The notes under the pieces: model-generated | What the model saw: the letters and a program-made list of their open reading frames with translations, nothing else | Told to the model about the DNA's origin: nothing | Databases searched by the model: none | In this document: positions 56,527-64,000 of the stretch, piece after piece | Numbering within the stretch: the first letter of the stretch is position 1 | Layout: the number at the start of each line of letters is the position of its first letter | From: Octopus vulgaris | Taxonomy: Eukaryota | Assembly (NCBI GenBank): GCA_951406725.2 | Contig: OX597822.1 | Coordinates: forward strand, 73,470,001-73,534,000 | Length of the DNA: 64,000 nt | Direction of reading: 5' to 3' | Translations under genes and position numbers: made by a program

Positions 56527-56576
56527 TTTGTCAGTGAAAAGGTCGCGGATTTTAATGACGAAAATATTTTGACAAA
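56527..56576 (+). ncRNA. Hammerhead-fold motif with non-canonical 5' core (GTGAAAA)
   Basis: TTTGTCA-GTGAAAA-G-GTCG...TGAC-GAAA-ATAT-TT-TGACAAA: perfect 7-bp stem I. Confidence 0.5.
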
Positions 56577-56660
56577 TTAAACTTAAATGTTGAAGTGAAT
56601 CGAACGGCTTTGTGTGTTTCTTAAATGGCTTACAAACACCTTCCACGCTGCAATTGTATA

Positions 56661-56692
<32 letters not shown>

Positions 56693-57117
56693 GTCCCTCA
56701 CCAATAAATATAGTTACTGGTTGCCACTTCTTTACAGAAGGCAGCCATCTCTTTTATGTAAGTGGCTCTTCAGGCCCACTTCACATTTGCATGTCTTGTT
56801 CAATACTCTACTATTAATATTAACATGGTCTTTGTGCAATTTCACATAGGTTTTCAGACCCGCTGCAAACCTTCATGCTTTTATCATGAAAGTGAAAGGA
56901 AATACCAGAAGGTTATTGAGGAAGAGCCTGTTATTGTTAGGGTATCATGAGATGTTGTATGACTACCAAGTCCGGCTTTGGACAATCACAAGATTGGACA
57001 TTGTCTCGCATTGAGGTCAAGTCATGTATATTTATGCTTATGTATGTATAAATGAATATAAGCAATTGACAGAACAATTCAATAGGAATTGAGGGCAAGT
57101 CCTGTATATATAAATAT

Positions 57118-57442
57118 AGGCGCAGGAGTGGCTGTGTGGTAAGTAGCTTGCTTACCAACCACATGGTTCCGGGTTCAGTCCCAATGCGTGACACCTTGGG
57201 CAAGTGTCTTCTACTATAGTCTCGGGTTGACCAAAGCCATGTTAGTGGATTTGGTAGACGGAAACTGAAAGAAGTCCATCGTTAATATATATATGTGTGT
57301 GTATGTGTGTTTCTTCCTTCCACATCGCTTGACAGCCGATAAAGTACTAGGCTTACAAAGAATAAGTCCTGGTGTTGATTTGCTCGACCAAAGTCAGTGC
57401 TCCAGCATGGCCGCAGCCAGATGACTGAAACAAGTAAAAGAA
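57118..57442 (+). mobile_element. SINE family A copy just beyond the zinc-finger gene 3' end
   Basis: GGCGCAGGAGTGGCTGTGTGGTAAG head through GACTGAAACAAGTAAAAG tail, with internal deletion. Confidence 0.85.
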
Positions 57443-57571
57443 TATACAAACAATTAACAAAAACAGGTCTACATTACAAAGAGCCAAGCTAGACATAGAC
57501 ACACACAAATAAAAAAGACAACACGGTAAAACCAAATGTATTGTTTGGCAACTGAATGAATACCAAGTAAG

Positions 57572-57577
57572 TTTATT
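57572..57577 (-). terminator. Candidate poly(A) signal of the zinc-finger gene
   Basis: AATAAA on the minus strand ~130 nt after the stop, followed by a GT/T-rich tract. Confidence 0.55.
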
Positions 57578-57704
57578 GTACAAATATAAGAGAAACAGTA
57601 TGTAGAACCACATACTAAATATTATGAAGAATGAAGTTAAAGATTTACTATTTCAAAGAGTTAATGTGATTTAGAAAAAATGTTTGTTTCTATGCTTTTG
57701 TTTT

Positions 57705-60332
57705 TTAATTTGCGGGTGGTTTAGAAGCTTCTGTAATTCTCACAGACTGTTCAATAGTAGTACCATCTGCTTTTTTCAATACGATAGAGCCATCAGGCTT
57801 CATAGAAGTCTGCAGTTCAGCTAGGCTGTGTTTTTTATTCGATTCTTTCTTAACATGCTTTACAAAAGCATCTTTGTCTTGGCTGGCCCAAGTTGGACAT
57901 GACAAACACTCATACATCACACCGTCCTTGTGTGCTGAAACGTGGATCAGATATTGCTTATAGTCCAGATCATTGAAAATGCATCCAGTGTTGTCACAGA
58001 CATATATGCGGGAAGGACGTTTGCATTTATATGCGATACAATCACGCACTACAATTGTTTCTGAAGGGTGAGCCTCCTGCACATGACGTTTCATGTTAGT
58101 TAATGAAGTAGAGATACAGGAAGACTCGCAGTATAGGCACTCGTAAGCTGGCATATATGTTACATTGCTCTTTTTAATGGAATCTTCAGTTTTGATGGCC
58201 GTTATCTTTGGTTTTACATCAATATCTTTACTATCAACAGCTAGCATTTCTTCACCATGCTTTTCCTTACTGTGTTTTATCAGCTCACTTTTTTGCTGAG
58301 CTACAAAATCACAATCTAATTTAGAACAAAAGAAGTAAAATTCTAATGAGTTGTTCTCTTTCTTCACCAAAGCACTCAATGCGAGATCTGGGTGTTTAGA
58401 TAATATATGTGATTTTATCGATGTATTACCTGATGCCGAGAAATCACAACTATGACAACTATAGAGTGTGTCTTTAGTCGTCAACTTACTGTTATCTGTC
58501 TTTTTTGAACCAGTGTCTTTGTCTTTGGAATGACTGTGTTTTTTTTTTGAATGATTAGATTTAGAATCTTTTTGACTAATCAGTTTCTTGGCAAATAAAA
58601 CCGTTTGTTGCAAACCGGTGGGTTTTGTCCCCGGATCTACTTCAACTGAAGGAATGGGAGTGCATTTCTCTACATGACTCACATACTCTTCAGGATCGAC
58701 ATTTACAAAGTTGCATTTGTGGCGACAACAGAAGAAAGTATGGTATTCTTTGTTTTGCTCCTTTAGAGCAGTATCTATGCAGTAAAACTTTCGGCTGGGG
58801 TGTACTTTAAACATGTGTTGTCGGACCTCATTCATATTGCTAAACAGTGTGTCACAGAAAAAGCATAAATATTGTTTGTCCTCCTTCTTGTCATCAAGGT
58901 CTATAGTTTTAGTCTCAGAGATGCTTGGTTTTACCTTATTCTCTACTGGTGTGGGTTCGGTTTTAGGTGTTGTAGGTGTTGTAGATTCATTCAGAGACTT
59001 TTCTGGAAGTTCAGTTATTTGACCATTTTTCCCAACAATATGGGATATAAAACGTAAGGGTTTGTTGCTATGTTTAGCTTTCAAATGCATAACAATCTTT
59101 TCAATTTTACTTGATCTACACTTACAGTATCTACAACGCCAAAACTTTGTACCAGGAGGAAGGTTAGTGACAGGAGTACCTGAATGTTTGGATTTACCTG
59201 AGGTTTTCAATCTTTCTGATAACCTTCTTTTACTTATTCTGCGATTTGGTTTATATTCTTCAGGATCATAATCAGGATCAATATCCTCATCCTCTGGATA
59301 ACTATCACTGTCCGATGGACCTTCTCTTTTTCGCTTTGTTGGGGTGTTTAAGTCTGTTGTACTAACCTCCGTATGAGATATACTACTGTTGGATTTATCT
59401 GCACTATCAGGATGCAAACTCTGAACTGACACAATTAGGGGCCCTGAATATGTATCAGATGCTTTTAAGTCACTGGCCGAGCTGGGTTGTGATTTAGAAG
59501 CAGTGTTGTTTGCATCATCAGCTTTCACAAGATTCATAGTGGAATTTATATAGCTATCCACAACTACAGACACTGACTGACTAGCACCAGAATTTAATTC
59601 TAAAGTAAGATTTTGTTCCTTTGTAGGATCATAAGAAAGTGATTTTTGCTCAGTTGTTTCTGAAATCAGAGAATTACTGGGCATTTCCAAAATACTCGGA
59701 GTTATATTATCAATATCTTCACATTCTTTAGTTGAATTGTCACCATCTACCGATGACTGACAAGGCTCTGTCGATGTTACTTTGCTGATATTGTAAGTTG
59801 CAAAATAATTATGCTCATTTGTAGTTATTTTGTCAAAGTCATCACTTTGTTCCTTCAAGGTCATCTCTTTTTGTGCTAGGTAGTCATCCAAAAGGGCACA
59901 TGACTTAAGGGCTTGTCTAATTTGGTTGTACTCATTATGAACCTTCATCGAGTGTTTGATGATGTCTTTACGTAGATAACTCTCCTTATCACAGTAGTTG
60001 CACTTGAAGCGATGGGTTTGAGAATGTTCAATCATCTTCTGTTTTTCTTGGCATTTAAATCGACAGAAGTTACACCAGTACATCTGCATGTTAACATTGG
60101 GAAGAAATGAGCCATTTGGTGAACGAAAGAGAAAAGGAGCAGAGAAAGCACACAATATCTCTTCCCACGAGTTCCCCGATTCTTCATTACTGAAGGACTC
60201 ATTGAGATTCGTTTCCATAAATGTTATAAAATTTTTGTCACATATTGATTTAGTGGGTGATTTTGGTCTTAATATTGTGACAGAAGCACTAATACCATAA
60301 GATTTCTGCTGCGAGTTTTCAGTGACTTCCAT
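57705..60332 (-). CDS. Multi-C2H2 zinc-finger protein (about 9-10 dispersed fingers), single coding exon, 875 aa
   Basis: Fingers such as CNFC..HSQTH, CNYC..HSMKVH, CRYC..HLKAKH, CFFC..HMFKVH, CHSC..HILSKH, CSKLDC..HSKEKH, CLYC..HVQEAH, CDNTGC..HVSAH; NLS-like KRKR; in-frame TAA 8 codons upstream of the ATG. Confidence 0.93.
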   Translation of the reverse strand: MEVTENSQQKSYGISASVTILRPKSPTKSICDKNFITFMETNLNESFSNEESGNSWEEILCAFSAPFLFRSPNGSFLPNVNMQMYWCNFCRFKCQEKQKMIEHSQTHRFKCNYCDKESYLRKDIIKHSMKVHNEYNQIRQALKSCALLDDYLAQKEMTLKEQSDDFDKITTNEHNYFATYNISKVTSTEPCQSSVDGDNSTKECEDIDNITPSILEMPSNSLISETTEQKSLSYDPTKEQNLTLELNSGASQSVSVVVDSYINSTMNLVKADDANNTASKSQPSSASDLKASDTYSGPLIVSVQSLHPDSADKSNSSISHTEVSTTDLNTPTKRKREGPSDSDSYPEDEDIDPDYDPEEYKPNRRISKRRLSERLKTSGKSKHSGTPVTNLPPGTKFWRCRYCKCRSSKIEKIVMHLKAKHSNKPLRFISHIVGKNGQITELPEKSLNESTTPTTPKTEPTPVENKVKPSISETKTIDLDDKKEDKQYLCFFCDTLFSNMNEVRQHMFKVHPSRKFYCIDTALKEQNKEYHTFFCCRHKCNFVNVDPEEYVSHVEKCTPIPSVEVDPGTKPTGLQQTVLFAKKLISQKDSKSNHSKKKHSHSKDKDTGSKKTDNSKLTTKDTLYSCHSCDFSASGNTSIKSHILSKHPDLALSALVKKENNSLEFYFFCSKLDCDFVAQQKSELIKHSKEKHGEEMLAVDSKDIDVKPKITAIKTEDSIKKSNVTYMPAYECLYCESSCISTSLTNMKRHVQEAHPSETIVVRDCIAYKCKRPSRIYVCDNTGCIFNDLDYKQYLIHVSAHKDGVMYECLSCPTWASQDKDAFVKHVKKESNKKHSLAELQTSMKPDGSIVLKKADGTTIEQSVRITEASKPPAN

Positions 60333-60552
60333 TTTGTTGGGTGCTTGACCAAGTTATTTACAAGATTTTCCAAAAAGATTTTTTCAACAATATTTACTGT
60401 TCCTCATGACAAAATGGTTCAATGAATAGATCTCACAACATCTTGCAAGATTTTAAACTATTCTCATTGAAAAACCGTTCATTGGTATTTTGTTGCTTCC
60501 TCTGTCATATATTACCATGTAACTTGCATTGGAAGAAATTGATACCAGAAAC

Positions 60553-60580
60553 CTGCAAAAATTAAGAAAAAAAAATACAA
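60553..60580 (-). promoter_or_regulatory. Splice acceptor of the zinc-finger gene coding exon (exon starts at 60552)
   Basis: Minus strand reads ttttttttcttaatttttgcAG|GTTTC. Confidence 0.7.
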
Positions 60581-63289
60581 CCATTACCTATATAAATATT
60601 GACTTAACATATAACAATCTGAGTTTCAAGGTTAGTTTAATATAGCAATTAAATACCACTTCATCAAAATGCTTTAATCCACATTTTAAAATGGGTAAGA
60701 TGTTTATGAACAAAATTCTAAGACATCAAGGCTGACATTAGAAGCAGAACAGAAACTCATATCAATCCAGTCAATAAACTTATCATTTTGGTCTTCCACA
60801 ATAATGTCCAGTTAATTAGCTTTGTTGGTTCTGTCTGTGTGTACAGGAAAGTCCCAAAGAATTCTTATGACAGCCTCAAGGTGATGCTCACACCATTTGT
60901 TAATAATTTTGATAAGAATGCTATAGATGTACTTAAACAGAACTGGCCTGGAATACTTGAATGATGCAAAGCATATTCTATATATGTATACAAGAATAAT
61001 TTTTTAAAGAATTGGTGAAATCATTCTACATCCGGAGAGGATTTCAAATTGGTAGTTGGAAAATGTACAGGAGCCTGTTGTGTGTGTGTAGGTGTGACCA
61101 TCTGCCACTGCTTGGCAAAAGAGACCAAAAGAGGTAAATATTAGACCCCAAAAACATAAAAACCTAAGTACAGGGGTCAATTTATTTGACTAAAACCTTT
61201 CAAAGCAGTGTTCCAGCATGTCTGAAAGATGAGGAGTAAAAGAAGCAAGCAACATGAGCTTGACAGAATCTAAATATTTAGCCAATCTACACCCTACTAT
61301 AAAGATGCATTAGCAAGAAGTGGATACCGACAAAAACTAGAAAATAATGATAATGCCTCAACAAAGCAATGGGGAAATGATCATCAGGTTCAACTTCATA
61401 TATCATAAACAGAGGGTCTAACAGCTGATAACGACTTTAGTTAAATAAGTAGGACTTTCACCACAGCACACAGTATAAAATCTTCAATGAGGACAATGCT
61501 AAGATTAGCTACAGGTGCCTAATATCACAACTCAAATCAAACCACAACCAACATCATAGAAATAGAAATATTACACTCAATTTATGACAATGTAATGCAG
61601 CAATTCCATATTCAGCCTACTTAAATACAAGTGTTCCACAGAAATACTTAGGTCTAGGGTCAAGAGAAGTATATATAAAATTAAAGGAAACTACAGATTC
61701 TCATAGCCACCATCTCCTGCCTCCCTGAACCCCACCACCATTTTCATTTAAACATAAATAAATTCCTTCATTGACAACTCACTATACACTCCATCCATCC
61801 TATGTCTGAATATATTTTGGTGTCATTTCTCCTGCTACCATATACTTGTGTGCATGCACCTATACAAACTGTATACATATAAGCATAAGCCACTGTGTGT
61901 TTGTGTATGTGTGTGTATAAAGAGGGTTGGCCAGTAAATCAAGATTGGACAGTAAATCAAGATTCCATAAATACCATCTGTAATTCTGTACCGACTTGAA
62001 TGGAAAAATATGCCACTCAAGGACTTCAGTTTGAACAATTTTCATGATGTTTCATATTTAGATGTTTTTATTAAAGTCATTCAGTTGTTAAACATGAATA
62101 AATCTTGGAATTAAATGGTTTTGATTTACTGTCAGGTGACTTTTGGCCAAGCCTATATATATATATATATATATATATAAATACAAAAATGAGACAAGAA
62201 TGCAAAACATCCAGTCAGATGAAAGAAAGAAAATAAGGACGAGTCATTCGGAGTTTTCTTTCCTAAGTCGAGTTTCAGATTATCTTTGCAATTTCGGCTG
62301 GTTATACTTGAGATTGCTCCAATCTGGCCAGCCCCAAAGAAAAACTAAGCTAAGAGCACTAGATTCCTTGAAAGAAAGCAGTGAATGTATAGGAAAACAA
62401 CAGAAAAAGGACAGAGAAATGGTACACAAATACAAATAACAGGATATGAACAACAAGTGTCTTTCAAATAAGGACGAATTAAAGTGTGGAAGTAAAGTAA
62501 AGCTTTATAGCAGGGACATAAGATTTGACAGGCACAGGGAGGAATATAGATGTTGCATGGATGGTAGTGGAACCAAGAAAGGTCAGGCTTGGCCGAACAC
62601 TGGTCATATGGGGAGAAGAGAGAGAGGTAGAGGCAGAGGGATAGAAGAATTATGGCTGGTCGTGAAAAAAAAAAGAGAGGTGAACATGAAGAGAAGGCCA
62701 GGAAATGTGAGAGAGGGGGAGAGAAAGAAAGAAGAGTGGAATGAACGAATAGAAAGAATAATAGAGTCCTACAAAATTTAGATATATATATACTTACATA
62801 TAAGAGACCAAAGTGTACGTATGCCGCCGTTGTATTTTTATATATAAAAAATACAAAAATGGGACAAGAATGCATGCAGGCCAAAACTCTGGAACATTTT
62901 TTTTTAAATCAAAATTCTTATATCCACCATATTATTGTAAGGAGTAATAATATATTGCTAATTAAATTTTTTTCCAAACTTTTGGCCACGACTAAATATA
63001 CATATATATATCATCATTACACACATATATATGGGAGGGGGTAATATATGTAGACTACATATATAAACTTTGCTATGTAGCCATGCTATCCTCTCTCCTA
63101 GTCAACCTGAAGCCCTAGAACCATTTCCTACTCCACTTTCCTTGATGTTTGCTCAAGGTGCTGTACAGGATTGAGGAAACTGTAATTCTTTGAGTGAATT
63201 AACCATGTACCAAAGCCCTCTGCCAAGTCTTCCTTTTATGTGTTGACAAAAGTTCCACAACAACTGTCTTCCCACTCATCCTCCCAAGT

Positions 63290-64000
63290 CCACAATTTCA
63301 GGGCCACCACCATCACTATCAACCCAATGAAAGGAAGGACTGGTGAGATTATTGAAATGCTGGAGTGATGACTTGTAGATGTGTGTGTGTGGTGTGAGAG
63401 AAGTAAGATGGAAGGGAGCCTCTGATGATGTCCTCACGGGTAAGAAACAAGTTTAAATACCCCTGAGTAGGCAAGTATGATGGGGTGGGTGGTGAGAACA
63501 TACTTTGGAGGGAAAATGGGTAGATAAGGTAATTGAGGTAGTCAAAGTATGTGATAGGGTAGTTAGGCAGAGATAAGTGTAACAATTTCTCTATTTTCAG
63601 CTTATGCTCCACAGCCTGGGCTGGCTGATGATCAGAAGGACCAATTTTATGCTGTCTTCTTGAGGGCCACCTCAATGGCAAATGAATGAGACTTAGTTAT
63701 TGTGGCTGGTGACTTCAATGGACATGTTGAGCAGCACTCACATAGATTCCATGGTATGCATGGAGGTTATGGCTTTGGCTAAAGGAATGAGGGAACAAGG
63801 ATGCTGGAATTCTGTGATGCAAATGATTTGATCAGCCATATGATCACCAATCAGTCTGGTGAGCACATGAACTAGATTGACTACATCCTCACCAGGCAAT
63901 GAGATAAACAGACGCTCACAAATGTAAAATCTTCCTCAGGTGAAGAATGTGCAGCCCAACATAGGTTACTGGTAGTTCTTCAGAATTTAGAGTGCTAGAA
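63290..64000 (+). mobile_element. RTE-clade LINE 5' part (AP endonuclease), decayed, runs off the window end
   Basis: GEIIEMLE..EVRWKG...SAYAPQPGL...VIVAGDFNGHV...HGGYGFG..NEGTRMLEFCDANDL...IDYIL. Confidence 0.88.

Noticed and set aside
56512-56580. Terminal exon DAARIFVSEKVADF...
   Set aside because: Overlaps the hammerhead-fold motif, so the acceptor is likely fortuitous

Overview
Eukaryotic, AT-rich, microsatellite-saturated genomic DNA. The repeat repertoire most resembles a coleoid cephalopod (Octopus-like), which is an inference from recalled repeat families rather than a database result. Two credible protein-coding exons are present: an orphan secreted prepro-protein (187-1065, +) and an 875-aa dispersed C2H2 zinc-finger protein (57705-60332, -). 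Nearly all other ORFs in the track are microsatellite or transposon artefacts. The remainder is a nested transposon landscape: three tRNA-derived SINE families, R4/Dong fragments embedded in (TAA)n, a split L1/Tx1, CR1/L2-group and RTE LINE fragments, Penelope-like (GIY-YIG) remnants, Tc1/mariner and pogo/Tigger pieces, a Helitron, a Helentron-type HINE and a Merlin-like MITE. The most notable signal is a set of about 7 minimal type-I hammerhead-ribozyme motifs from several sequence families in short non-coding elements, mostly next to (TA)n, several tied to long fold-back inverted repeats. These are candidate Penelope pLTR-derived or retrozyme-like elements. Repeat boundaries were read by eye and are approximate (about +/-10-30 bp).
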